A stretch of DNA of 64,000 nucleotides from Candidatus Aminicenantes bacterium (lineage in GTDB: Bacteria > Acidobacteriota > Aminicenantia > Aminicenantales > JAFGBC01): NCBI GenBank assembly GCA_963702005.1, contig OY969696.1, positions 4,160,001 to 4,224,000 of the forward strand, read 5' to 3'. This document shows positions 46,156-56,545 of this stretch, in pieces. Under the pieces are notes generated by a model that saw only the letters and a list, made by a program, of their open reading frames with translations, did not search any database and had not been told where the DNA came from. The translations under genes were made by a program, and so were the position numbers. Each line of letters starts with the position of its first letter. Position 1 is the stretch's first letter.

Positions 46156-48705
46156 CTAATGGCTGATGGTGAAGGCGGCATTGCTGGTATCTGAAGGGGT
46201 TTTGTATCTTGCGCTGGTGATTCTTATTCTATAGTCGCTTCCTGCGGCCTGGCCGGACGGCACCTTCCACCCGTAGGAACCTTTGCCGTTTTTGCCAATC
46301 GCTGCATTGGCTTCAATTATGGCATTGGCCTTCGTGCCCTTTAGCAGCTCTATTTTTACGGATGCGCCCGTCTTGCCCGTAAAGTCCCACTTGACAGTCT
46401 GAGTTGAGCCGGCTTTCCATGTCTCTCCTCCATCGGGAGAGGTCAACGTAATGGCCGGGGAGGAAAAATCGAGCTTGGCCAGAAATGAATCCCAGCTTCC
46501 CTTCGGGAGTTTCTGATAGGGACCCCGGAGAGGAAAATCAGAAGAATGGGTCCAGCCGGCTACATACACGGCTCCGCGACTATCCACCGCGACTCCCGTT
46601 CCTTTGTCTCTTTCATATCCGCCAAGACACATAGAATAGGCAAGAACGTTCCCGGCGGGCATGAACTTCGTCACAAAAGCGTCGCCATTCATCGTTATTT
46701 TCTGGTAAGGGTTCTGAAAGGGAAAATTAATCGACCCGGTCTCTCCCGTGACATAGACATTCCCGTTATTGTCCACGGCGATATCGCCGGCTTCTTCCCA
46801 ATAGCTTCCGCCGAAATAGGTCGAGAAGACCGGAGTTAATCCCGAGGGCGCCAGTTTCGTTATAAACAAATCCAGGTTCCCGGCCCGGGCTTTCTGGAAG
46901 GCGTTCTTCACGGGGAAGTCATCCGAGTACGTTTCGCCGATGATGTAGGCGGCTCCCAGCCCATCCACCGCAATGCTATAGGGCCATTCCATCGAGGAGC
47001 CGCCAAGATAGGTGGAATAGATAAGCGCATTGCCCGTGGGCGAGAACTTGGCCACATAAGCGTCCGCCTCTCCCGCAAGCTTCTTTTGATAAGGATTCTG
47101 GAGAGGAAAATCCGGGGAGTCGGTCCAGCCCGTGACATAGGCGGAACCCGCACTGTCCACGGCAATTCCCCAACAGCCATCATGGAGTGTGCCGCCTAGG
47201 TATGTCGAATAGACAAGGGCATTGCCGGCGGGCGTGAACTTCGTTACGAAACCGTTCCAGACACCGCAGGAAGCCGTGCTTTGAAAAGGATTGACAAGCG
47301 GGAAGTTCGTAGAATTGGTCCAGCCGGTTACGTAAGCGGCGCCGGAGCTATCTACGGCAATGTCCCGGCCTCTATCCCAATAATTTAATCCTTCAGCTCC
47401 CGGAAAAGCATTAAGATAACTGGAATAGGCAAGGGCATTTCCCGCGGGACTTATTTTGGTTACAAAAACGTCGGTGCAACATCCTATGAATATAGACATA
47501 AGGGGATTCTGGAGGGGAAAATCGGAGGACCAGGTCTCACCCGTAACATAAGCCGCCCCGGAAGAATCTACGGCGATACCATAGGCCTCATCGATGCTGC
47601 TCCCTCCCAGGAAGGTCGAATAAACGAGGGCATTACCCGATGGGGCGAACTTGGCCACGAAGACATCGGGATTGCCCTTATTCTTATTCTGAAAAGAGCC
47701 CTTTAATGGGAAATCTGCGGAAGTCGTGTATCCAACCACATAGGCGGCAGCGGTTTTATCCACTGCGATGTCCGTGGCGAAATCGTCGCCGCTACCGCCG
47801 AGGTAGGTGGAGTAGATGAGGATGGGGTCGATCGTCAGGGCATGGGCGTGGTCGTAGCCGCCGACTTTGAATCCATAAATATTTTTACCGACTTCTTTGA
47901 ATTCCGATAAGACTTCAACCTTTCGCACGCCGATCCACTGGTAGCTGATCGGCTTGTGGTGTGAGAGCTGGCCAAAGATCGTTTCGACGACGAGATCGCC
48001 GCGCTCATCAATCCGGGAATCGCTGACATCTTGATATTCGAAGCGGATATCCTCTACCCGCGCGCCGGGCTTGATGATCCAGTCGTACTCCACCCGGCTC
48101 TCCACCCCATAAACTTTCAGGTCGATCCCCGGATAGAGATCCTCATAAAGAACGGCCCGGGAGGAAGGGATGTTGGTCTTCCATTTCGCCCGGTCATTGC
48201 CGATGAAATAATTAACCCGGTTTTCGGTCGGCTCGAGAGCGGATAGCCGAGGCTGCTTGTTCGCCCCAAGAAAGACGACCCTGGAAACGTCTCGCTTGAT
48301 GTTTACTGCCGTCTCCCGGTCTAGCCTCTCCTGCAGAAGGGCTTCCGGATCCTCCGTCAGCATTCTCTTTTTCCAGTCTAGGTTATCCGAATCCCGTTCG
48401 CGGATCGCCGCGTCAAACACCAGCCCTTTATTCGTCATCCAAAGCGTGTAACGCGAGGTCTTCGCATAGAACAGGGCTTCTGCGTCCACCTGCCCTTGAT
48501 TCGGAATAAAATAGAGCGGGATTTTTCCATAGTCCGGAACGAGGGCTCCCGGATTTTGATCGATCGCGGCCTGGGGAAGTTTTTGCGTGGCGACGATTTT
48601 TTCAGCTTGTCGGACTTGCCCGGCCGACGAGTCCCGCGGACCGGAGTAGCCAACCGCCAGCGCCCCGAATAAGATCAGAGCCGGAATCAGCCTTGACCGT
48701 CCCAT
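46156..48705 (-). CDS. Secreted SBBP (beta-propeller) repeat protein with C-terminal Ig-like domain (copy 1)
   Basis: FIPNQGQ and NYFIGND N-domain, repeated YSTYLGG...IAVD..G.AYVTG.T.S.DFP, SPDGGETW Ig-like tail; start MGRSR after GGAGG. Confidence 0.88.
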   Translation of the reverse strand: MGRSRLIPALILFGALAVGYSGPRDSSAGQVRQAEKIVATQKLPQAAIDQNPGALVPDYGKIPLYFIPNQGQVDAEALFYAKTSRYTLWMTNKGLVFDAAIRERDSDNLDWKKRMLTEDPEALLQERLDRETAVNIKRDVSRVVFLGANKQPRLSALEPTENRVNYFIGNDRAKWKTNIPSSRAVLYEDLYPGIDLKVYGVESRVEYDWIIKPGARVEDIRFEYQDVSDSRIDERGDLVVETIFGQLSHHKPISYQWIGVRKVEVLSEFKEVGKNIYGFKVGGYDHAHALTIDPILIYSTYLGGSGDDFATDIAVDKTAAAYVVGYTTSADFPLKGSFQNKNKGNPDVFVAKFAPSGNALVYSTFLGGSSIDEAYGIAVDSSGAAYVTGETWSSDFPLQNPLMSIFIGCCTDVFVTKISPAGNALAYSSYLNAFPGAEGLNYWDRGRDIAVDSSGAAYVTGWTNSTNFPLVNPFQSTASCGVWNGFVTKFTPAGNALVYSTYLGGTLHDGCWGIAVDSAGSAYVTGWTDSPDFPLQNPYQKKLAGEADAYVAKFSPTGNALIYSTYLGGSSMEWPYSIAVDGLGAAYIIGETYSDDFPVKNAFQKARAGNLDLFITKLAPSGLTPVFSTYFGGSYWEEAGDIAVDNNGNVYVTGETGSINFPFQNPYQKITMNGDAFVTKFMPAGNVLAYSMCLGGYERDKGTGVAVDSRGAVYVAGWTHSSDFPLRGPYQKLPKGSWDSFLAKLDFSSPAITLTSPDGGETWKAGSTQTVKWDFTGKTGASVKIELLKGTKANAIIEANAAIGKNGKGSYGWKVPSGQAAGSDYRIRITSARYKTPSDTSNAAFTISH

Positions 48706-48732
48706 GGCCCCTCCTTGCCTTATCCAGAACAT

Positions 48733-50382
48733 TCACTTGGTCGTGAACGTCCAGTCGTTGCCCGAGACCGCCCACTCGGAGTCTTTAATGTCCTTTCCAT
48801 TCCCGACGGCCTTGACGTTCCAGGAATAGGTCGCGACTGCAGCAAGGCCGTTGAGCTGGAGATAGGCCCGGCCTTTTTTGACATTGTAATATGTGTAGTT
48901 CCCGCCCGCCAGCTTTATCCGGACTTGGTACTGGGTTTCCTCGGGATAAGGCTTCTTGTTCTGGTCGGTCCAGCGCAGGACGACGCTCGCGCCCACTCCT
49001 GTTGCCCCCTTCGCCGGCGCCTGCAAGAGAGCCGCGAACAGAACTTTCGTGCTGAAGACATAAGGATTTAAATTGCGGAAAACATAACCGGTATCGGGGC
49101 CATAGGGACCACCCACAACGAGAATGTCAGCGTCGTCATCTCTATCCATATCGAAAGGGACACAGACATAATAATAATTGTTCGTTGGAAAAGATAAAAG
49201 TCTTTTACTTGTTTCAATAAATTGAGCATTTCCTTTGTTTAGATAAATCTTCGGCCCACGTTCAGTAATCCCGATAAAATCCATCCACCCATCATTATTG
49301 AGGTCAGCCTCAACCGGCCTGATACCAGACACATTATTGGGAATGTTATTGGTGGCATCGCGAAATGTCCCGTTGCAATTGTTCAATAAAAGCTGAACTC
49401 GTGACTCAAGACTCTGTCCGTCGTAAATATTCATAATTAGATCCGGCCAGCCATCTTTGTTGAAGTCTGCGGACATAATTTTGTCGGTCACCGCGTTTTT
49501 ACCGCAGAGTTTTGGGGGCATAGAGTTATCGGGCGCATAATTGAAATATCCATTCCCATCGTTGAGTAGGATCCTATCGTTTTCCCTCCAACCTGTTGCA
49601 CCCAAAACCACATCCATATCGCCGTCCTTGTCCACATCCACAAGAAGAGCAGAATCATATCTGTGATCATACCAATCGGGGACTTTGGTCATATCCGCAG
49701 GCAGGTTGTCATTCTTGAAAGTAAAATAGCCTTTGCCGTCATTAATCAAAAAAAACGGCGTGAGAGGTATAGGCCCTCCCGGAGCGCAATATATGTCTAA
49801 ATCACCGTCATGATCGATATCTCCTGCTGAAGCTTGATACGTAAATGCCATGATGTCTGGAAGACGGGGGCGAGTTTCATTTCTTAAGCGGCCTCTGGGA
49901 GTTTGAATAAAAATTTGATTTTGGGCGCCAAAATGGTAATCCCGGTCGTCTCCGCCATCAGGAAGGAAGAGGTCCTTAAGACCGTCATGGTTAAAATCTT
50001 CCGCGAGGCCACCGGAAGGGAAGGTCGCGGTGTCATGAAAAAAAACCCTAGTGGTCACATCGCTAAAATGCCCCTGGCCATCATTCCGGAGTGCAATCAG
50101 AAGGGCATTTCCATAGGGGGTAGGCGGCGGCGGGCAGGATAATTGAGTTACAATAACATCTAAATCTCCGTCATTATCAAAATCTATAGGGATCAGATTG
50201 CAAAGGTTTCCCTCATTCCAGGGAAAGGGGAATGTCTCAACAGCAAAATATTTCTTGGGAAAAAGTCTCTCCCTTTTATTTACAGGCAGATCATTAGCAA
50301 AGATATTGAAGCCCATCCAAAGATCCATCATAAACAGGACTAAATATCCCAGCACGGTTTTTAATATGTTGCTTTGCTTCAT
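48733..50382 (-). CDS. Secreted FG-GAP/VCBS-repeat protein with C-terminal FN3-like domain (copy 2)
   Basis: Same architecture as 44459-46132; last 103 aa are 92/103 identical to copy 1. Confidence 0.85.
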   Translation of the reverse strand: MKQSNILKTVLGYLVLFMMDLWMGFNIFANDLPVNKRERLFPKKYFAVETFPFPWNEGNLCNLIPIDFDNDGDLDVIVTQLSCPPPPTPYGNALLIALRNDGQGHFSDVTTRVFFHDTATFPSGGLAEDFNHDGLKDLFLPDGGDDRDYHFGAQNQIFIQTPRGRLRNETRPRLPDIMAFTYQASAGDIDHDGDLDIYCAPGGPIPLTPFFLINDGKGYFTFKNDNLPADMTKVPDWYDHRYDSALLVDVDKDGDMDVVLGATGWRENDRILLNDGNGYFNYAPDNSMPPKLCGKNAVTDKIMSADFNKDGWPDLIMNIYDGQSLESRVQLLLNNCNGTFRDATNNIPNNVSGIRPVEADLNNDGWMDFIGITERGPKIYLNKGNAQFIETSKRLLSFPTNNYYYVCVPFDMDRDDDADILVVGGPYGPDTGYVFRNLNPYVFSTKVLFAALLQAPAKGATGVGASVVLRWTDQNKKPYPEETQYQVRIKLAGGNYTYYNVKKGRAYLQLNGLAAVATYSWNVKAVGNGKDIKDSEWAVSGNDWTFTTK

Positions 50383-50405
50383 GTTGCCTTCCACCCAAAA
50401 TCTTC

Positions 50406-52952
50406 CTATCCACCGATATAGAAACCCGCGTCACTGGTGTCAGAGAGAGAAGCATGTCTAGTGCTGGTGATTCTTATTGTGTAATCCTCTCCGGAGGCGA
50501 GGTTAGCTGGAATTTTCCATGTGAAGGAACCTTTGCCGTTTTTCCCGATTGACGCGTTGGGAGCAACAACCAAAATAGTTTTTTCCCCTTTGAGCAATGC
50601 GATTCTTACGCTTGTCCCTGCTTTTCCCGTATAATCCCATTGGATTATCTGGGTGGTGCCTAATCTCCATTGCTCGCCTCCATCCGGAGCCCTCACGGTG
50701 ATAGCCGATTGCGGAATATTAAGCTTGGTTACAAATGCATCCAGGCCTCCTCCGAGTATTTTTTGATAGGGAGTTCGCAGAGGAAAAAGTGGAGAATATG
50801 TCTCTCCGGTTAGATAAACGGCCCCATTGGGATCAATCGCGATTCCCCGTCCTCTATCATTCCCATTCCCTCCAAAATAAGTTGAATAAGCGAGTGTGCC
50901 AGTCGGGCTGAATTTAGATAAAAACGCATCGTCCCCACCGCCGCGTGACTTTTGATAAGGATTTTGTAAAGGAAAATCTAAGGAACCTGTTTTCCCAATT
51001 ACGTAAATAGCCCCGCTTCCGTCCAGGGCAATTTGGCCTCCTTGATCAAGCCAAAGCCCGCCGATAAAAGTGGAAAAAGCGATTGAATTACCTGCAGGAT
51101 TAAATTTTGTTACGAAGCCATCCAACGTTCCTTCGTTCGTTTTTTGATAAGCGTTCTTGGTGGGAAAGTTCCAAGAAAATGTCTCTCCCGTAACATAGGC
51201 GGCTCCGGCTTTGTCTAGGGCAATGTCATAAATACAATCCCACCCTGCTCCACCAAGGTAGGTCGAGTAGATGACCGCATTGCCTTCCGGAGAGAACTTC
51301 GATAAAAAGGCATCCCCGTAACCTCGGAAGATATTTTGAAAAGGTGTTTTTAGGGGGAACTCGCGTGAGCATGTATATCCGCCGACATAGGCGCAGCCGC
51401 GGCCGTCCACGGCAATCGCGCGCCCTTCATCAGCAAGGCCGGTGCCCAGGTATGTGGAATAGACAAGATCATTGCCTTCGGGCGTGAACTTAACGACGAA
51501 GGCATCTCTTCCCCCCCCGAATACACTCTGAAAAGGATTCTTCAGAGGGAAATCGTTGCCGGGCGGCCAGTAGAAATAATACAGTCCTGTCCATCCAGTC
51601 ACATACGCGGCACCCGTGTCATCCACAGCAATAGCTTTTCCACGATCCTCGGACGCTCCTCCCAGATATGTGGAATAAGCAAGGGCATTGCCCGCGGGAG
51701 TCAATTTTGTCACAAAAGCGTCGGGACACTCTTTAATCGTCCCCTGGTATGCATTTTGGATTGGAAAATCGTATGAATAAGTCATCCCTGTGATATATGC
51801 GGCGGCAGTTTTGTCCAGAGCTATGCCATAGGCCTCATCAATATCATTTCCTCCCAGGAACGTTGAATAGATCAGCGCGTTCCCTGAAGGGGAGAACTTT
51901 GTCACAAAGACATCGGATTTTCCTTTATTCTTATTCTGAAAGGAGCCTTTGGCGGGGAAATTCGTGGACGTTGTATATCCGACCACATAAGCGGCGCCTG
52001 TGCTATCCACAGCGATGTCCGTGGCGAAGTCGTCACCGCTGCCGCCGAGATAGGTGGAATAGACGAGGATGGGGTCGATGACCAGGTCATGAGCGCGGTC
52101 ATAGCGGCCGACACCAAATCCGTAGGCGTCCTTTCCAATATTAATAAATTCTGAAGAGACTTCGACTTTTCGCCCGTCGATCCACTGATAACTTATCGGT
52201 TTATGGTGCGAGATCTCCCCCAAGGCCGTTTTGACGATAAGATCGCCGCTGGCGTCGATACTGGAATCGCTGACATCTTGATATTCGAAGCGGATATCTT
52301 CGACCCGCGCACCGGGCTTGATGATCCAGTCGTATTCCACCCGGCTCTCCACCCCATAAACTTTCAGGTCGATCCCCGGATAGAGATCCTCATAAAGAAC
52401 GGCCCTTGAGGATGGGATGTCGGTCTGCCATTTCGCCGGGTCATTGCCGATGAAATAATTGACCCGGTTTTCGGTCGGTTCGAGGGCTGTCATTCGAGGG
52501 TGCTTGTTCGCCCCAAGAAAGGCGACCTTGGAAACGTCTCGATTGAAGTTTGCTTCAGTCTCCCGTTCCATCTTTTCGCGGAGAACGGAGTCAGGATCCT
52601 CCGTCAGCATTCTTCTTTTCCATTCCAGGTCATCCGTCTTCCGCTTGTTGATCGTGGCGTCGAACACCAACCCCTCTCTCGTTATCCAAAGCGTATAGCG
52701 CGAGGTTTTCGCATAGAACAGAGACTGACCGTCCACTTGGCCGCGATTGGGAATAAAATAGAGGGGGATTTTTCCATAATCGGGGATTAGCGCTCCCGGA
52801 TTTTGATAGATCGCGGCTTGCGGGAGTTTTTGCGTGACGACGACTTTTTTAGCTTGTTGGATTTGTCCAGCCACCGAGTCCCATGAACCTGAGTGGTCAA
52901 CCGACAGCGCCCCGAATAAGATTAGAGCCGGAATCAGCCTTGACCGTCCCAT
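50406..52952 (-). CDS. Secreted SBBP repeat protein with C-terminal Ig-like domain (copy 2)
   Basis: Paralog of 46156-48705 with the same MGRSRLIPALILFGAL start. Confidence 0.88.
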   Translation of the reverse strand: MGRSRLIPALILFGALSVDHSGSWDSVAGQIQQAKKVVVTQKLPQAAIYQNPGALIPDYGKIPLYFIPNRGQVDGQSLFYAKTSRYTLWITREGLVFDATINKRKTDDLEWKRRMLTEDPDSVLREKMERETEANFNRDVSKVAFLGANKHPRMTALEPTENRVNYFIGNDPAKWQTDIPSSRAVLYEDLYPGIDLKVYGVESRVEYDWIIKPGARVEDIRFEYQDVSDSSIDASGDLIVKTALGEISHHKPISYQWIDGRKVEVSSEFINIGKDAYGFGVGRYDRAHDLVIDPILVYSTYLGGSGDDFATDIAVDSTGAAYVVGYTTSTNFPAKGSFQNKNKGKSDVFVTKFSPSGNALIYSTFLGGNDIDEAYGIALDKTAAAYITGMTYSYDFPIQNAYQGTIKECPDAFVTKLTPAGNALAYSTYLGGASEDRGKAIAVDDTGAAYVTGWTGLYYFYWPPGNDFPLKNPFQSVFGGGRDAFVVKFTPEGNDLVYSTYLGTGLADEGRAIAVDGRGCAYVGGYTCSREFPLKTPFQNIFRGYGDAFLSKFSPEGNAVIYSTYLGGAGWDCIYDIALDKAGAAYVTGETFSWNFPTKNAYQKTNEGTLDGFVTKFNPAGNSIAFSTFIGGLWLDQGGQIALDGSGAIYVIGKTGSLDFPLQNPYQKSRGGGDDAFLSKFSPTGTLAYSTYFGGNGNDRGRGIAIDPNGAVYLTGETYSPLFPLRTPYQKILGGGLDAFVTKLNIPQSAITVRAPDGGEQWRLGTTQIIQWDYTGKAGTSVRIALLKGEKTILVVAPNASIGKNGKGSFTWKIPANLASGEDYTIRITSTRHASLSDTSDAGFYIGG

Positions 52953-53049
52953 CGTCCCTCCTCTCCCCGATCGCAACGACGAACAAAAAGCTGAGCTGAA
53001 GTAATAGGAATCCCCTGTTTGAAACCTATAGCCTCATAGCCTTGGCCAG

Positions 53050-53079
53050 ATGATATATCCCTCTGCGGAACGGTGTCAA
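53050..53079 (-). promoter_or_regulatory. Sigma70-type promoter of the SBBP/FG-GAP array
   Basis: TTGACA-N18-TATCAT. Confidence 0.5.
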
Positions 53080-53113
53080 CAGGAAGAGGAGGACGGTCTC
53101 GCCGGCGTCGGCC

Positions 53114-54307
53114 TCAAGCCCACAGCGCTTGGGCGGGGTCGGGCTTGAACGTCCGCGTCCGCGCCTCGTCGATCATCTGGGCGACCAGCAGGTTCCAGCT
53201 CACGAAATCGGGCGCGGCGAGCGGGGCGCCCGTTTCGGCGTGATAATTCTCGTGCATCATGCCGTTGGCCGCCAGGTCCGCCAGGCATAGCCGGGTGACC
53301 CGCTCGGCCACGGTCAGGGCTGCCTCCGGATAGCCGTAATGGATGAGGGCGTGCATGGCCATCCAATTGAAGTGGGGCCAGATCGGCCCCTGCCAGTTCG
53401 AGTAGGGTTTGATGACGTTCTCGTTGTTGTAGGAAGGCTCGTCGGCGGCGACCGACCGGATCCCGAAGGGAGACCAGAGCTTTGCCGGATCGAGGACGTA
53501 CCGCTCGATCATGGCCCGGGCCTGCTCGTCGGAGGCGAGCCGGGCCCAGAGGGGGATCAGGTTGCTGTAGGTGACGCAGCGGATCCGCGCACCTTCGACA
53601 GCGTCGTAGCTAAAATAAGTGGCGTCAGCCGGATCCCAGAGATGGCGGTTCACGTCGTCGGTCAACTTGCCGGCGCGCTCCCGAAAGGCCTCGGCCTCGG
53701 CGGACTTGCCCAGACGGTCGGCGATTAAAGCCATGCCCTTATAGTCAAGGACCATGAAGCCGTTGACGTCCCCGGCGGCGATGCTGTTGTGATAGCGGGG
53801 GACCAGGGTCGGGTTGTTGTCGGCCCCGGACTCCAGACCGTCCCACCATTTGACGAGCCCGGTCGCCCGGTCGCTCATCTTCCGCTCCCGGTAGGTCACG
53901 CACGCCGCCATCTTTTCCCAGACGGGCTCGATCCAGCCGAAATCGCCCAGCGAAATCGAAGCGTAGTAAGCGGCTTGTCCCATCAGCGGCTTGATATGGT
54001 AGAGGCGGGCGTCGCGTCCGGCCCAGGGTCGGATCCCGCCCGGCGTCTGTCCGTCGGGCTCGGTGTAGCGGAGGAAGTTCAGGCACCAGTTCTTGAGGTA
54101 AATGCCGTCGGCCCGATCGACCGAGATGAGATGGAGGCCGACGAAGAAGGCGTCCCAATCCCACTGCTCTTCGTAGACGCCGCTGGGGACGATGTAATCG
54201 TAAGGCAGGGCGCCGTTGGCGCGGCGGAGGACGCGGCTTCGCAGGGCGCCAATCCGTTCCCGGGCGTCCGCGGCCAGCCTATCGAGGTCGGGTTTTGCGG
54301 CTGTCAT
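53114..54307 (-). CDS. MGH1/GH63-like (alpha/alpha)6 glycoside hydrolase (trehalase-like)
   Basis: QWDWDAFF, ESGADNNP, WQGPIW, MHENY motifs; no signal peptide. Confidence 0.85.
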   Translation of the reverse strand: MTAAKPDLDRLAADARERIGALRSRVLRRANGALPYDYIVPSGVYEEQWDWDAFFVGLHLISVDRADGIYLKNWCLNFLRYTEPDGQTPGGIRPWAGRDARLYHIKPLMGQAAYYASISLGDFGWIEPVWEKMAACVTYRERKMSDRATGLVKWWDGLESGADNNPTLVPRYHNSIAAGDVNGFMVLDYKGMALIADRLGKSAEAEAFRERAGKLTDDVNRHLWDPADATYFSYDAVEGARIRCVTYSNLIPLWARLASDEQARAMIERYVLDPAKLWSPFGIRSVAADEPSYNNENVIKPYSNWQGPIWPHFNWMAMHALIHYGYPEAALTVAERVTRLCLADLAANGMMHENYHAETGAPLAAPDFVSWNLLVAQMIDEARTRTFKPDPAQALWA

Positions 54308-54370
54308 TGGATCACTGCCCCTCGCAACTCATAATCGGGAAGGACTATAGTATCGGTACCCGAAGAAGTC

Positions 54371-54578
54371 AAATCATCGACACTCATGGAAGCCATGAGT
54401 GCTGCAAGGCTGCTCCCCGGCCGAAGCTCCACGGACTAATGCTCATTGGAGCGCCAGTACTCATGAACCGTTTCCGGTTCGTGAGTACATGAATGCCGGG
54501 GCTTGTTCATGATTAACCCTGAGCCTCGCTCTCATCCCCGCCTTGAAAGGCGGGGCTTGGCGTCGGCGAACGGGTCAA
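54371..54578 (+). repeat. Multi-hairpin intergenic element, copy C, with extra nested inserts
   Basis: 3' half TTAACCCTGAGCCTCGC..CATCCCCGCCTTGAAAGGCGGGGCTTGGCGTCGGCGAACGGGTCAA matches copies A and B; inserts match modules of 20461-20666. Confidence 0.88.
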
Positions 54579-54669
54579 CCCCTCGAAGAGGATATCGTTG
54601 ACAGGATGCTTTATTTGCGGGTATTAATAATTAGCCCTTACGACGGCAAGCTCGATTCGAGGAGGATCC

Positions 54670-56325
54670 ATGAGATTCCATTCAGGAAGGCACGTTGCGG
54701 GATTCCTGGCGGCGGGCCTGGCTTTGCTGCCGGCGGCCCTTGGGGCAGAGACCCCGACCTTCCGGCAAGTCCGGGTCCCGGTCACGGGACCCATCCACGA
54801 CATGGTCGTCGTGGACCTCAACCGGGACGGCTACCCGGACATCGCCGTCATCGACAATTCCGCCAAGCTCATCCGGATTTTCCTGGGAAGCGCGTCTTAT
54901 ACCTACGCGCAATCTTTCACTACGGCGCACTCCAAAATCGGAAAAAAATTCGTCGGGCCGGGCGACTTCAATGGCGATAAGAATCCCGACCTGGCCGTCG
55001 ATATGCCGTCGACCAAGACCTACTTCGTCGTTTTTCCCGGCAAAGGGGACGGCTCCCTCCTCGCCGCCGTCAACGTCGGCACCGGCACGGTCCAAAAAGG
55101 CTTCAACCAGGCCGCCGTCCTCGACTTCAACAACGACGGCAAGCCGGACGTCATCGGCTTCCAGAATAACGGCGGGCCGCTCCTCTCCTTCCTGAACCTC
55201 GGCAAGGCCAAGTTCAAGAAGACTCAGATCCAAGCCGTCTGCGACTACGGCAGCGTTACGACCGGCGATTTCGACGCCGACAAATACGACGACGCCGTCT
55301 TCGGACATCCCGTGAAAGGCTATGTTCATTACCTCAAAAGCAACAAAGACGGGACGTTCCAGGCGCCAAAGTCAACCATGGTCGGAAGCATCGGCCGCTT
55401 CCTGACCCGCGGCGACCTCAACGGGGATCATAAGGCTGACTTGGTCGGCAGCGGCAGCTCCGGAAATAGCGGCTGGACGATGCTCGGCCGGGGGGACGGA
55501 CGGTTCAACAAGAAAAAAATGCTGGGCGGCGAGACCTCGATGGCGGGCGGAGGCGTCCTGGCCGATCTGGATTCGGACGGCAAGCTCGACTTCGCCTCCG
55601 GCGAAACGGATGGGATCGACCTCTTTCAAGGATTGGGCACGGGGGCCTTCGAAGCCCTGTTTTCCCTCGCTAAGCACCTCCGCTTCGACCGCAAACCGGG
55701 GGCCGTCGCCGCGGCCGACGTCAACAAGGACGGCCGGCTCGACCTCATCGGGGCCCAGTGGACATCGGGCGTCAAATGGAACGACGACAGCGACGACATG
55801 TCCAACTTCATCCTCTTCCTCAACGGGCAGACGCCGAACACCCTGACGATCTCCAACCTGGCGACGACCAAGCTCAACTACGCGGGCGGCCTCGTCTATT
55901 ACGCGGGAAGCGTCCAGTTCCAGTCGACGAGCGGAGACCTCAAGTTCCTCAGCACGACCGAGGTCACGGACAACGCTTACATGGACTTCCGGGTCACCCT
56001 CGATTTCCCCTCGCCCCTGAGCGATTACACCTATCACTACTTCGCCACCGGCAGCTATCTCCACAAGCCCGGACAGACGGCGGGGACTCTCAGCTGGGAC
56101 ATTATCCTCCCCACGACCGTCGTCAGCAGCAGCACGCCGACCGCGACGCTCAAGGATTTCTACATCCTGGACTACAACCTGGTCCAGAGCAACGGGCTGC
56201 TCACGTCCAGCCTGCCCGTCAGCGCTACAATCCGGGCGTTCAAGGACGCCGCCGGCCTGGGGACGGCCCTGCGCTCGGGCCGCAACGGCAAAGCCGTCTT
56301 GGTCGGAGTCGAAACAGATAAATAA
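54670..56325 (+). CDS. Secreted FG-GAP/VCBS-repeat protein
   Basis: Signal peptide; seven DLNRDGYPDI-type repeats; Thr/Ser-rich beta C-domain; GAGGAGG RBS. Confidence 0.88.
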   Translation: MRFHSGRHVAGFLAAGLALLPAALGAETPTFRQVRVPVTGPIHDMVVVDLNRDGYPDIAVIDNSAKLIRIFLGSASYTYAQSFTTAHSKIGKKFVGPGDFNGDKNPDLAVDMPSTKTYFVVFPGKGDGSLLAAVNVGTGTVQKGFNQAAVLDFNNDGKPDVIGFQNNGGPLLSFLNLGKAKFKKTQIQAVCDYGSVTTGDFDADKYDDAVFGHPVKGYVHYLKSNKDGTFQAPKSTMVGSIGRFLTRGDLNGDHKADLVGSGSSGNSGWTMLGRGDGRFNKKKMLGGETSMAGGGVLADLDSDGKLDFASGETDGIDLFQGLGTGAFEALFSLAKHLRFDRKPGAVAAADVNKDGRLDLIGAQWTSGVKWNDDSDDMSNFILFLNGQTPNTLTISNLATTKLNYAGGLVYYAGSVQFQSTSGDLKFLSTTEVTDNAYMDFRVTLDFPSPLSDYTYHYFATGSYLHKPGQTAGTLSWDIILPTTVVSSSTPTATLKDFYILDYNLVQSNGLLTSSLPVSATIRAFKDAAGLGTALRSGRNGKAVLVGVETDK

Positions 56326-56390
56326 GATCCGGCCGAGAGAAATTTTTCATCCGGGGTTCGATTAAAGAAAGGTGGGGTGGCGCGGCAACG

Positions 56391-56423
56391 GGCCAGGAAG
56401 AGGGTCGTCTGAGAGCGGGAGCG
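56391..56423. repeat. 33-bp dispersed intergenic repeat, copy 2
   Basis: 30/33 identical to 34816-34848. Confidence 0.7.
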
Positions 56424-56545
56424 CGTGTCGATGTTTGTGGGGGGGACAGGCGAAGCTGATGGGGTAGATGGGCGGACACGTCTATTATATTTTTTTTCTT
56501 TAGCGAGGGCGAAGGATAGTCGATGAAGAAGGCCGTACGAACCCC

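Noticed and set aside
44459-52952. Diversity-generating retroelement (template/variable repeat pair) behind the duplicated segments
   Set aside because: Differences are mostly synonymous and not adenine-specific, both copies are coding, and no reverse transcriptase is in the window.
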